A stretch of DNA of 39,753 nucleotides from an uncultured Magnetovibrio sp. (GTDB lineage: Bacteria; Pseudomonadota; Alphaproteobacteria; Rhodospirillales; Casp-alpha2). A model generated the notes under the pieces. The model saw nothing but the letters and a program-made list of their open reading frames with translations, had not been told where the DNA came from and ran no database searches. Location: NCBI GenBank assembly GCA_964468005.1, contig CAYXUT010000004.1, forward strand, positions 1 through 39,753. Direction: 5' to 3'. The translations under genes were made by a program, and so were the position numbers. This document shows, piece by piece, positions 25,490 to 34,912 of the stretch. How positions within the stretch are numbered: position 1 is the stretch's first letter; each line of letters starts with the position of its first letter.

Positions 25490-26380
25490 ATGCCGCCGAC
25501 CGCACCCGATAACGCCAAACTACAAGGCCTCATATCCGCAGCGACCAGTGCACTCAGCCTGAGCGTGTTGAGCACGGCGGCGACCTTCGCCTACAAGGGC
25601 GGGTCCGACCCCGTAACCCTTGTCGCGGCACGGGCAGCAGCGGGCTTCTTAACCGCTTGTCTTTTTGTTGTCGCCTCGCGCCATGCGATCCGTTTCCCCC
25701 ATGGCAACCTGCGCCTTATGGCTTGCTTTTCCATCGGCCAGTTGATGATCAACTTCGGCTACATGACGTCGGTGCTTTATATCCCCGTCAGCCTGGCAGC
25801 ACTGATTTTTTATGTCTTCCCAGTGCTGGTGCTGTCAATCGAGGCAGTGATTGGCCGGCGCGCTCCATCCGCATTGGAAGGCTTGAGCTTCGTTGGCGCC
25901 TTTCTTGGTCTGGCGTTTGCACTCGGCCCTTCGTTCGAGACTCTCGATTGGCGCGGTATTGTCGCTGCCCTCGTTGCGGCAGTTGGCGGCGTAGTAGTGA
26001 TGACGACGGGCAGCCGCGTCGTGAGACGTACCGGCTCGGTCTCGACCTTCTTTCACATGCAAATGACCACTTGCGCAGTCACAGTAGCGGTGATGCTCAG
26101 CTTCGGTGGCCCGGCATTACCAACGCTCGAGATCGGCTGGTGGGGATTGGGTGCAGCCTGCATAGGTTACACCATGGGCGTGGCCACACAGGTCATCGCC
26201 GTCAAGCTGGTCGATCCCGCCCCGGCATCATTGATCTACAACCTGGAGCCATTGGCGACGCTTGCGATCGCAGCTTGGTTGTTGGCCGAGCGGTTAAGCG
26301 CAGTTCAGTACCTGGGTGGCGTATTTGTACTAGCAGCCGTTTTGGTGGCCGGTCGGCAAGCTACAGTAAAATCGGGCTAA
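25490..26380 (+). CDS. DMT superfamily (EamA-type) transporter
   Basis: 296-aa polytopic protein with two EamA-like halves. AGAGG SD. It diverges from the RidA gene across 75 bp. Confidence 0.85.
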   Translation: MPPTAPDNAKLQGLISAATSALSLSVLSTAATFAYKGGSDPVTLVAARAAAGFLTACLFVVASRHAIRFPHGNLRLMACFSIGQLMINFGYMTSVLYIPVSLAALIFYVFPVLVLSIEAVIGRRAPSALEGLSFVGAFLGLAFALGPSFETLDWRGIVAALVAAVGGVVVMTTGSRVVRRTGSVSTFFHMQMTTCAVTVAVMLSFGGPALPTLEIGWWGLGAACIGYTMGVATQVIAVKLVDPAPASLIYNLEPLATLAIAAWLLAERLSAVQYLGGVFVLAAVLVAGRQATVKSG

Positions 26381-26430
26381 CAACGTCGTCTCTGGTGTTC
26401 CCTTTTCCCGTCGAAAACAGCACCACATAA

Positions 26431-26745
26431 TCATGACAAAAAGTTTCCGCGGTAAGCTCTTGCTCCTCGAATTTTAAAAAATGAGACTTTCAGTTCGCCA
26501 GCCATGTCGATGGACATGATATTCCACGGTTGGTCTATGAGCTTGTTCCATGCCTCGCAACAGAGAGCGAAGATCTCGTCTTAGGATTTAAAGATCCGGT
26601 TCGAAAGCCAGTTGTCGCACATGAACGGCCGGATATTCTTCACGGGGTTCTGTTTGGCCGGCGCCAACACCACGCGTCGGATAGACTGCACCGAGGATTT
26701 AGACAGACTTGGTGCGCTAATCCTTGGTCGTCGTGAGCCGAATTC
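26431..26745 (-). mobile_element. C-terminal relic of an IS630-family transposase gene
   Basis: The minus strand reads ...VVLAPAKQNPVKNIRPFMCDNWLSNRIFKS*DEIFALCCEAWNKLIDQPWNIMSI... with an in-frame TAA at 26581..26583. It resembles the ELNPVENIWQ-x-x-R-x-NWLSNRVF ... CC-x-AWN-x-L-x-DQPW-x-IMSI end of IS630-type transposases. The N-terminal two-thirds is absent. Confidence 0.6.
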
Positions 26746-26779
26746 CACGTCGGACTCAGCGCTGCATACGATAGGGTGC

Positions 26780-28120
26780 TTAGGAAGATAGCGGAATTTG
26801 TAGCGATTTCAGAGCTTTGGATTGGCGCTTAGCCAGTTTGTCCTCGTCAAAGCCATCAATCAGGCCATGGAACATGCGGTGCCAGTTGATCTCCGCCTTG
26901 AGATGCGAAAATACACTGCCCAACCCAATGGCGGCACGGTCCATAAGCACAAATTCGCGCGGTGGCTGAACGCCCCCGACCTCGCGTAGTTCGCGGTGCA
27001 CCTTGGCCGCCACTCCGGCGCCATAGGCAACACCACCCTGTTCCTGGATGCTGGTAACCTTGTCCTCCAATAACGGTGCATAAAGGAACCTCGCCCACTG
27101 GCTTAAGATATCGATTACCTGGCGATCGAGCCCGGAGAAACCCCAAGTCTCGTAGGCGTGCACGGCCAGGGCCTCGTCCTCATCGCGGATGGCACGGTAG
27201 AGATCGATCACGGCACGGACGAAAGAGGGATTGAACACCCGCACACAGCCAAAATCCAGAAGGTTGATGGTGTGATCGTCACGCACCGTATAGTTGCCGA
27301 GGTGCGGATCGCCGTGAATCACGCCATAGTTATAGAGTGGTACATACCAAGCGCGAAACATATTGGTGGCGATGGCATTGCGGGCCTCGGCATGAGACTC
27401 AATGAATGACATCAAGGGGTCGCCATCGAGCCAATTCATGGTCAGCAACAGTCCGGTGCTCAAGTCGTCAATCGGCACTGGCACATGCACGCCTTTCTCA
27501 CGCTTTAAAATTTTAGAATAAAGCTTCATGTTGCGGGCCTCGCGTCCGTAATCGAGTTCCTCGCGCAGCCGCTCGTTAAGCTCGGCATGGATGTTGGCGG
27601 GGTCGATGGCCCGGTCGTAGCGATGATAGATACCGAACACCACCTTCAATTGGCGCAAATCGGCATCGACGACGGACGCCATGTCCGGATACTGCAGCTT
27701 GCACGCAAGGTCATCGCCATCCAGTGACTTGGCGCGGTGCACCTGGCCTAATGAGGCAGCAGCGGTGGCCTTGTGTTCGAATTCATTAAAACGCGCCTGC
27801 CAGTTAGCGCCCAATTCGCTCGCCATGCGGCGCTTGACGAAGGGCCAGCCCATGGAGGGGGCATTGGTCTGCAGGTGGCCAAGCTTCAACATGTATTCCT
27901 CGGGCAGCATGTCCGGTATCGTGGACATTATCTGCGCCACCTTCATCAGCGGCCCCTTGAGACCGCCCAAGGCCTCCTGAAGTTTGGCTGCATGTTCGAC
28001 CTTGTTGATAGGCATGCCAAAAAATCGGTTGCCGGCAAGTTTCGCTGCCAACCCGCCCGCCGCTCTGCCAACCTTGGCGTAGCGCTTGGCCCTGCCGGTG
28101 AGTGAATTGCGTTCCGCCAT
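26780..28120 (-). CDS. ABC1/UbiB/COQ8-type atypical protein kinase family protein
   Basis: About 446 aa. It has LMKVAQIMSTIPDMLP (KxGQ-region variant KVAQ), AAASLGQVH, VIHGDPHLGNY and LLDFGCV. The ATG at 28120 sits 7 nt after the pepF stop with a GGGAG SD in the spacer. Confidence 0.85.
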   Translation of the reverse strand: MAERNSLTGRAKRYAKVGRAAGGLAAKLAGNRFFGMPINKVEHAAKLQEALGGLKGPLMKVAQIMSTIPDMLPEEYMLKLGHLQTNAPSMGWPFVKRRMASELGANWQARFNEFEHKATAAASLGQVHRAKSLDGDDLACKLQYPDMASVVDADLRQLKVVFGIYHRYDRAIDPANIHAELNERLREELDYGREARNMKLYSKILKREKGVHVPVPIDDLSTGLLLTMNWLDGDPLMSFIESHAEARNAIATNMFRAWYVPLYNYGVIHGDPHLGNYTVRDDHTINLLDFGCVRVFNPSFVRAVIDLYRAIRDEDEALAVHAYETWGFSGLDRQVIDILSQWARFLYAPLLEDKVTSIQEQGGVAYGAGVAAKVHRELREVGGVQPPREFVLMDRAAIGLGSVFSHLKAEINWHRMFHGLIDGFDEDKLAKRQSKALKSLQIPLSS

Positions 28121-28127
28121 CACTCCC

Positions 28128-29903
28128 TCACAACGCCTCTTCGAGTTCGTCTATAAAGTCCGAAATTACAGAAAGCCCGCGCCCCCAAAAGGCGGGGTCA
28201 GACGCATCCAGACCGAAGGGAGCAAGGAGTTCACTGTGGTGTAAGGTGCCGCCGGCTCGCAGCATGTCGAAGTATTTTTCCTGGAAGCCGGGATGGCCGT
28301 CCTTGAAGACGCCGTAGAGCGTATTCACCAGGCAATCACCGAAAGCGTAAGCGTAAACGTAGAACGGCGCGTGGATGAAGTGTGGGACACAAGCCCAAAA
28401 CCATCGGTAATCATCATCGAAGGCAAATGCAGGACCGAGGCTTTCCGTCTGCGTTTCCATCCAGATATCGCCAAGCTGCTCCAGACTCAATTCGCCCTCC
28501 CTACGCGCCGCGTGCACACGGGTTTCAAATGTGTAAAACGCTATCTGCCGGACTACGGTATTGAGCATGTCCTCGACCTTGCCAGCCAAAAGAACGCGGC
28601 GTGTGGTCGGGTGATCCTCATTATCCAGAAGCGCACGAAAGGTTAGCATCTCGCCAAAAACCGACGCCGTCTCAGCCAGGGTCAGCGGCGTGTTGGCTAG
28701 TAACAATCCCTGCGGGGCCGCAAGGACTTGATGCACACCGTGGCCGAGTTCGTGCGCTAACGTCATCACATCGCGCGCCTTGCCGTGATAGTTGAGCAGT
28801 ATGTAAGGGTGCGCCGACGGCACGGTGGGATGCGCGAAGGCACCCGATGCCTTGCCATCGCGCGGAGGCGCGTCAATCCAGCCATACTCGAAAAAATCCT
28901 TCGCCACATTAGCCATTTCTGGAGCAAAGCCGTCATAGGCTTTTAGCACCATGGACTTCGCTTGCCCCCAATCGAAGGTGTGTGCCACGTCATCTGGCAA
29001 CGGCGCGTTGCGATCCCACCAATCGATGTTTTCGGCCCCCATCCATTGGGCCTTTAGACCGTAGTAGCGGTGCGCCAGATTGGCGTAATTATCCCGAACC
29101 GCGCCGGCCAGAGCCTCGACCACCTCGGGCTCCACACGGTTGGCAAGATGACGGGACCCAACCGGTGTCTCGTAACCGCGCCAGTCATCCTCAATCTCTT
29201 TGTCCTTGGCCAGTGTGTTGGTGGCCATAGCCAGGAGACGGGCATTTTCTTGCAAGGTCTTCGCTAGTGCTTGGCCCGATTGCTTTCGCTTTGCACCATT
29301 CTTGTCGGTCAAACCATTAAGCGTATCGGAAAAGTTCAACTCCTCGCCACCAACATCGAAGCGCATGTGCGCCAACGTCTCGTCGAACAGCCGCACCCAG
29401 GCATTACGCCCAGCCACCGATTTTTCGTGCAATAACTTCTCCACCTCGTCGCTCAACTGGTAAGGCCGCATAATGCGGGTCTCTTCGACCCAGGCTCGGT
29501 AGTGCGCCATCGCCGCGTCCGCCAGCAATGTATCAACTACACCGTCATCGAGCCGGTTGAGATCTAATGTGAAAAACAAGGTCTTCGAGGTGATTATGGT
29601 CACTCGCTCCTGCGCGGTCTGGTAGAAGCGTCCCACTTCCGGATTGGTGACGTTGCCGGCATGCAGCAATTGCGCATAGCTCATCACCTTGTAGAGCGTC
29701 TCGAGAACCGCCTCATACTCGGCGATGGCAGCCGCCATACCGGCGCCGTCCAAAGTATCGAGCTTGCCTTGGTAATCGTTTTGGAATTTATCGGCGCGCG
29801 CCTCGGTGTCATTAAGATCGTGGCTGAGTGACGGCGAATCGCAACCGTCATAGAGATCATCAAGATTCCATTCGGGCAAGGATGCGGCGGCTTCGTCGGG
29901 CAT
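28128..29903 (-). CDS. pepF: oligoendopeptidase F family (M3B) metallopeptidase
   Basis: 591 aa from the ATG at 29903 (MPDEAAASLPEWNLDDLY), with the zinc motif HELGHGVH. The track's 56-codon extension to 30071 overlaps the divergent ligase gene. Confidence 0.88.
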   Translation of the reverse strand: MPDEAAASLPEWNLDDLYDGCDSPSLSHDLNDTEARADKFQNDYQGKLDTLDGAGMAAAIAEYEAVLETLYKVMSYAQLLHAGNVTNPEVGRFYQTAQERVTIITSKTLFFTLDLNRLDDGVVDTLLADAAMAHYRAWVEETRIMRPYQLSDEVEKLLHEKSVAGRNAWVRLFDETLAHMRFDVGGEELNFSDTLNGLTDKNGAKRKQSGQALAKTLQENARLLAMATNTLAKDKEIEDDWRGYETPVGSRHLANRVEPEVVEALAGAVRDNYANLAHRYYGLKAQWMGAENIDWWDRNAPLPDDVAHTFDWGQAKSMVLKAYDGFAPEMANVAKDFFEYGWIDAPPRDGKASGAFAHPTVPSAHPYILLNYHGKARDVMTLAHELGHGVHQVLAAPQGLLLANTPLTLAETASVFGEMLTFRALLDNEDHPTTRRVLLAGKVEDMLNTVVRQIAFYTFETRVHAARREGELSLEQLGDIWMETQTESLGPAFAFDDDYRWFWACVPHFIHAPFYVYAYAFGDCLVNTLYGVFKDGHPGFQEKYFDMLRAGGTLHHSELLAPFGLDASDPAFWGRGLSVISDFIDELEEAL

Positions 29904-30036
29904 TGAACTAACCTTCTTGAAAATGGGAGCGGTAACCACCGAGATCTTTTGGATATAAGACTGGAAATCATCAACGGCAACGGCAATCATAGCGCTGGAG
30001 AGCGTCAATAAGACCAAAATGAAAGGCGAAACGAAA

Positions 30037-31821
30037 ATGCCGCAAGAATTATGGCTGAATTTGGCCGCCATGTTTTTCGGTCAGGCAGACAAACTCGGAG
30101 ACAAACCGTTCCTTTGGGCAAAGTGCGACGGCACCTACCGGTCGCTCAACTGGGCCGACGCTGCAGCGCGTGTAACCGCGTTGGCACGGGGCTTGCGCAA
30201 GTTAGGGGTCGAGCCCGGCGATCGCATCGTACTAGTGTCCGAAAACCGGCCGGCTTGGTTGATCTCCGATGTCGCCATCATGACCGTCGGAGCCATTGCG
30301 GTGCCCGCCTACACCACCAACACCGAAGACGACCACCTGCATATCCTCACCGATTCCGGCGCCAAAGGTGTTATCGTCTCAACACGAAAACTAACCGAGA
30401 GACTGATGCCGGCAGCAGCGCGCGCGCCAGACCTCAAATTCATGATCGCCATCGAGCCGCCAGACATCGACCAGCTATCCGGCTTTGATCTGCATCAACT
30501 GGACGAGGTCCAAAACATCGGCCGAAGCGGATCGGAAAACGTGGTTGAGCTTGCCGAACGCTGGAAGGCTGAAGATACGGCCTGTGTGATTTATACGTCG
30601 GGCACCGGCGGTGCGCCGAAAGGCGTGATGCTTTCGCATAAGGCAATTTTGCACAATTGTGCTGGCGCCAAGGACGCGCTTACGGAAATCGGCCTCGGCG
30701 ATGAAACGTTTCTCTCATTCCTACCGTTATCACATTCCTACGAGCATACGGCCGGGCAATTTTTCCCAATCAGCATAGGCGCCGAAATTTATTACGCCGA
30801 GAGCGTGGAGGCACTCGGCAACAACATGCTCGAGGCCAAGCCGACAATCATGACCGCTGTGCCCAGACTCTATGAGATGCTGCACCAGCGCATCACTGCC
30901 GGCGTCAAGAAATCCGGCGGCGGTAAGGAAAAACTGTTCATGAAAGCGCTAGCGCTGGGCCGCAAGCGCCATGCTGGAGAACGGCTAGGGTTAGGTGAGA
31001 AAATCCAGGATCTGGTACTCGACAAATTGGTTCGTGACAAGGTCCGCGCGCGCTTTGGTGGCCGCCTGAAAGCCTTGGTATCGGGCGGCGCGCCGCTTAA
31101 TCCGGATATCGGTATCTTCTTTACAGCACTCGGTCTGCGCTTGCTGCAAGGCTACGGACAGACGGAAACTGCGCCGGTGGTTAGTGTTAACCGAGCAAGC
31201 CTCGTCAAGATGCACACCGTCGGCCCGCCGCTGTTGGATACCGAGGTGAAGATCGCGGCCGACGGCGAGATCCTAGTACGCGGTGATCTCGTCATGCAAG
31301 GCTACTGGGGCAAGGAGGATGCGACGCGCGAGACGATCGTCGATGGCTGGGTCCATACGGGCGACATCGGCGAGTTCGACGAAGACGGCTATCTGATAAT
31401 CACCGACCGCAAGAAGGACATCATTGTCAACTCCGGAGGCGACAACCTGGCGCCGCAGCGAATTGAGGGCATCATCTGCCTGGAGCCAGAAATTGCCCAA
31501 GCCATGGTATATGGCGACAAGCATCCACATATTACCGCTCTCTTGGTGCCGGACGACGAGTGGTTAATGGCATGGTCCAAGGAGACAGGTAAATCGGCAA
31601 AGCTTTCTGATGTCTCGTGCGATGAGGAGTTAATAAAGGCGCTGCGCCCGGCCATGGACCGCATCAACAAGGGGCTGTCGAACATCGAAAAAGTGCGCCG
31701 CTTCATGCTCGCCGAAGAGCCCTTCACCATTGACAACGCGCAGATGACCCCGACGATGAAAGTGCGGCGCCACAAGCTGAATGAAGTCTACGGCGAACGC
31801 TTGGAAAGACTTTACAGTTAA
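30037..31821 (+). CDS. long-chain acyl-CoA synthetase (AMP-forming, FAA1/FadD-like)
   Basis: YTSGTGGAPKG, GYGQTETAP, and a C-terminal part typical of this ligase group. The start is uncertain (ATG at 30019, 30037 or 30070). I chose 30037 (MPQELWLNLAAMFF). Confidence 0.8.
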   Translation: MPQELWLNLAAMFFGQADKLGDKPFLWAKCDGTYRSLNWADAAARVTALARGLRKLGVEPGDRIVLVSENRPAWLISDVAIMTVGAIAVPAYTTNTEDDHLHILTDSGAKGVIVSTRKLTERLMPAAARAPDLKFMIAIEPPDIDQLSGFDLHQLDEVQNIGRSGSENVVELAERWKAEDTACVIYTSGTGGAPKGVMLSHKAILHNCAGAKDALTEIGLGDETFLSFLPLSHSYEHTAGQFFPISIGAEIYYAESVEALGNNMLEAKPTIMTAVPRLYEMLHQRITAGVKKSGGGKEKLFMKALALGRKRHAGERLGLGEKIQDLVLDKLVRDKVRARFGGRLKALVSGGAPLNPDIGIFFTALGLRLLQGYGQTETAPVVSVNRASLVKMHTVGPPLLDTEVKIAADGEILVRGDLVMQGYWGKEDATRETIVDGWVHTGDIGEFDEDGYLIITDRKKDIIVNSGGDNLAPQRIEGIICLEPEIAQAMVYGDKHPHITALLVPDDEWLMAWSKETGKSAKLSDVSCDEELIKALRPAMDRINKGLSNIEKVRRFMLAEEPFTIDNAQMTPTMKVRRHKLNEVYGERLERLYS

Positions 31822-33023
31822 CTTTTCGAACCCTTCTCCGTCCAGGCGATAACGCCCAGCGCTGCAAGGTCGAGGACGGCAAAACCGACGACTAACGGCA
31901 CAATGGTGCCGTCGAACTGCGCCCCGATGAGCACACTCAGCGACAGCGCAATCAGCGTCGACACCGAGCCGATTATTGACGCCCCGAGCCCCGCCATGTG
32001 GCCGAGCGGCTCCATGGCCAAGGCATTGATATTACCGAACACGAATCCCCTAAAGCCGAACAAGATCAACAACCAAACCATGAACAGCCAAAGTGGTGGC
32101 GCCGCAGTAACGCTCAACAACCCGGTTAGAAAGGCCCACGATGCCAGCGTCGCAATAACCAGCCCACGCACAACGAGCCGTTGCATACCAATTCGAACTA
32201 CTAATTTTGAGCTGATTATCGACCCAGCGCCGAGTGCAATGGCGGCCATGCCAAAATAAAGCGCGAACAATTCGCCGGTATCATAGACATCTTGAAAAAT
32301 CTGCCGTGACGTCGCGAGGTAGGACAAGAACGAGCCAAACACCAACCCGGTAGTCAGCGTATAGCCAACGGTGGCGCGTATCCGGCATGCCTCGAGCATT
32401 CCAGAGCCAAGGCTGGCCAATGTAAACCGGCGCCGGTTTTTCAACGGCAAGGTCTCCGGTTGGCGCAGGGAAAACCAGACGAAGGCAATGGAGGCCATGG
32501 CCAGCAATAAAGCGAAACAGGCCCGCCAACCGGCCACCATGATAACGACCTGGCCGACGGCCGGCGCCAAAGCCGGTACCAGCATGAATACAGCCATAAT
32601 GAACGACATGATGCGCGCCATGACGCGGCCTTCATAGCCGTCGCGAACCAGGGCCACCGGCACGACACGCGGACCCGCCGCGCCAAACCCCTGCAACACA
32701 CGGCCGGCCAGCATGACGTAAAAATTCGTCGCCAGCATCGACAACAACGAGCCAGCGATAAAAATAGCTAACCCGAGATAGATGATCGGCTTGCGACCAA
32801 AGGCGTCCGACAAGGGCCCCGCAAGCAACTGACCGATCCCGTAACCGATGAAAATGATGCTTACTACGTATTGGGTCTTATTTATGTCGGTGACGCAGAG
32901 ATCCCGTCCGATGTCAGCCAGTCCCGGTAGCATGATATCTGTCGACATAGCGACCAAAGACACAGTTAACGCTAAGAGAGCGATGAATTCACCGAAGGCC
33001 AACGGTTCTGTCGGGCGTTTCAT
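31818..33023 (-). CDS. MFS transporter, Bcr/CflA (DHA1) subfamily
   Basis: 401 aa and 12-TM-like. STDIMLPGLADIGRDL and GPLSDAFGRKP are typical of Bcr/CflA pumps. The stop overlaps the ligase stop in a shared TTAA. Confidence 0.88.
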   Translation of the reverse strand: MKRPTEPLAFGEFIALLALTVSLVAMSTDIMLPGLADIGRDLCVTDINKTQYVVSIIFIGYGIGQLLAGPLSDAFGRKPIIYLGLAIFIAGSLLSMLATNFYVMLAGRVLQGFGAAGPRVVPVALVRDGYEGRVMARIMSFIMAVFMLVPALAPAVGQVVIMVAGWRACFALLLAMASIAFVWFSLRQPETLPLKNRRRFTLASLGSGMLEACRIRATVGYTLTTGLVFGSFLSYLATSRQIFQDVYDTGELFALYFGMAAIALGAGSIISSKLVVRIGMQRLVVRGLVIATLASWAFLTGLLSVTAAPPLWLFMVWLLILFGFRGFVFGNINALAMEPLGHMAGLGASIIGSVSTLIALSLSVLIGAQFDGTIVPLVVGFAVLDLAALGVIAWTEKGSKS

Positions 33024-33044
33024 CTACCCGACCTGCGCCTTTTC

Positions 33045-33332
33045 CTACAAATTTTCAAGCAAGTATTGCCGGACAATGGCCTCGGCCTCAGCCATGATGC
33101 ACTCGATCAATTCCTGGCAGATTGGCATGTCGTTGATCAGTCCGGCCACTATGCCGCAAGACCAAGACCCGGCATCCATGTCACCGTCAGCCATGACCTT
33201 CGAATAGACATAGGAAACCACCTCGGCAATGTCCTCGAACTTGACGCCCAGGCCGAGCTTTCGTTCAATCTTGAGCACGCGAACGACGGCGCCATTGTTA
33301 AAGACCCGCACTGAGTTGCGGATCAGACGCAT
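33045..33332 (-). CDS. hypothetical protein (95 aa), possibly a gene fragment
   Basis: The ORF remains open for about 19 codons upstream of its first ATG and has no SD. It lies directly downstream of a decayed gene. No motif recognised with confidence. Confidence 0.3.
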   Translation of the reverse strand: MRLIRNSVRVFNNGAVVRVLKIERKLGLGVKFEDIAEVVSYVYSKVMADGDMDAGSWSCGIVAGLINDMPICQELIECIMAEAEAIVRQYLLENL

Positions 33333-33386
33333 AATCAGGCGACCCCGCGTTTCGTGATCATGGTCAGCTAGGCCAGCATGGCATCT

Positions 33387-34364
33387 TCATAGGTATCTAG
33401 ATCGCCAAACACAAAGCCGGCGCCTTAAAAGAATACCGTTATGCGCCGTGTTTTTTACCATCCGGCGTGTAGATGCGCGCTGATACATTGTTGCGCCTTC
33501 GGGCCCCAGCACGGAACACCCCTTGCTGGCAACATCCGAAACCACCTCGTCAGTCCTCGACATCGATGCAGCAGCATGCATCTCGTGAGCCTCGTCGGGC
33601 TCCATCGTATATCGGGGTGGCATCGCGGACTTAACGGCAGCATTGAGCTGCACTTTAGCTTCAGGGTAAGCTTATCGCTCATTAAACGCCTCTCGTGATC
33701 TCATGAACATCCCCCGCGCGGACCACATCGACTTGCGTCACCGAACAGGCCCCGCGCACCAGATAATCGCGGAAGTGCGAGATATGATAGAGCCATTCAC
33801 CAACCGCCACCGGCAGTGTCGTCGCTTGTGACTGACACACCTCGTCCTCCGTGTCCTCAGCCGACAAAGGCTCCTCCAGCCAGGCAAGATCCAAGGGCTT
33901 GAATAGGCGTGCGCGGCGGATCGCTTCCGAGACCGTGAATGCCTGATTGGCATCGCCCATAATTTCGAATGCCTCGCCGACGGTTTCACGCACGGCGGAC
34001 AGCTTGGCTACGTCTTCCAACACATGCGGTTTTCCGATCTTGAGCTTGCAACCCAAAAAGCCCGATTTCTTAGCCAATACCGATTTCGACACCAACTCCT
34101 CGGTAGGCAGATTGAGCCACCCGCCTTCCGTTGTGTAGACGGGCACGCGTTCCTGTGCGCCAAGTTGTCAGCCAAGATACTGATCACCGCGCCGCCGCCG
34201 GTGCCGATGGTATAGCTGTAACCCCGCCCCGTTAGGCCATCGGAATCGGTGATTTCGACAAACGGCGTCTCTTGGCTGACGAAGGATTGGATCGCGTCGA
34301 AACGCACAGTCTTCGGCTCCAGGTATACCTGATAGACCTTCGTCCGCTCAATGGTCACGCCCAT
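33387..34364 (-). pseudogene. decayed enolase-superfamily (mandelate racemase/muconate lactonizing enzyme) gene
   Basis: An N-terminal capping-domain piece (DGLTGRGYSYTIGTGGGAVISILADNLA, 34364 downwards) jumps frame at about 34150..34165 straight into AQERVPVYTTEGGW...KLKIGK...MGDANQAF...WLEEPL...AVGEW (33682..34146). It then hits a stop, with further shifted fragments down to about 33387. Confidence 0.6.
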
Positions 34365-34374
34365 TCCTGCCCCT

Positions 34375-34689
34375 CTAGCCTAGATATTGCGTCACTTCGA
34401 CAACGTCGCGCGAGCGCTTGACCCGGTCTCCCCAGGCTTTGTCAAACGTGCCGATCAGCCGCTTGAGCGCATTCGAGTTTAAAATCGCTAACGCCGCTTG
34501 GACGTCCGGAAACATGTAAAAGGCATAGTGGACGCCGTCTTCAACCTTACTCCAAGACCGCCAAGCTCGATTTGCATTGAAAAGCTCCAAGGCCTCCGCC
34601 AGATGTTCTTCTTGGTACCAGGTGTCGAAAGCATCACGCTCGGCGTCCGGCACTTCCGCCCGCACGATCAAAATTCCGTCGCCGCTCAT
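34375..34689 (-). CDS. hypothetical protein (104 aa), ferredoxin-fold-like (Dabb/EthD-type guess)
   Basis: The ATG at 34689 (MSGDGILIVRAEV...) has GGGAG 6 nt upstream. The gene ends 10 nt before the enolase-family relic. The fold assignment is a weak by-eye guess. Confidence 0.5.
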   Translation of the reverse strand: MSGDGILIVRAEVPDAERDAFDTWYQEEHLAEALELFNANRAWRSWSKVEDGVHYAFYMFPDVQAALAILNSNALKRLIGTFDKAWGDRVKRSRDVVEVTQYLG

Positions 34690-34912
34690 ATTCATCTCCC
34701 ATGTGATTACTCTTCCTTTGCAGGAAAACCAGACCACTGTCGGGTCAAAAGCTCAAGCGCGCAGTCTCAGATTTCGGCGCAAGCGACTGAAGGGGCACCA
34801 CGTTCGGTGCTCCTCCGGAAAAAATGTCCGCAATTGGTTGACACGGCGATACTGCCCATGTCGCCTCTGAAAATTGGCATCGAGATATTCAATCTCTGGC
34901 AAACATCTTTGA

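Noticed and set aside
25657-26430. 257-aa plus-strand ORF inside the DMT transporter gene.
   Set aside because: It is an alternative frame of a convincing membrane-protein CDS, and its product is an Arg/Ser/Pro-rich nonsense-like sequence.
34792-34813. 8-bp hairpin (GGGGCACC / ACGTTC loop / GGTGCTCC) between the DMT gene and the 104-aa gene.
   Set aside because: The adjacent homopolymer run is on the wrong side for a minus-strand terminator: A-run after the stem on plus, which is a T-run before it on minus. No function can be assigned.
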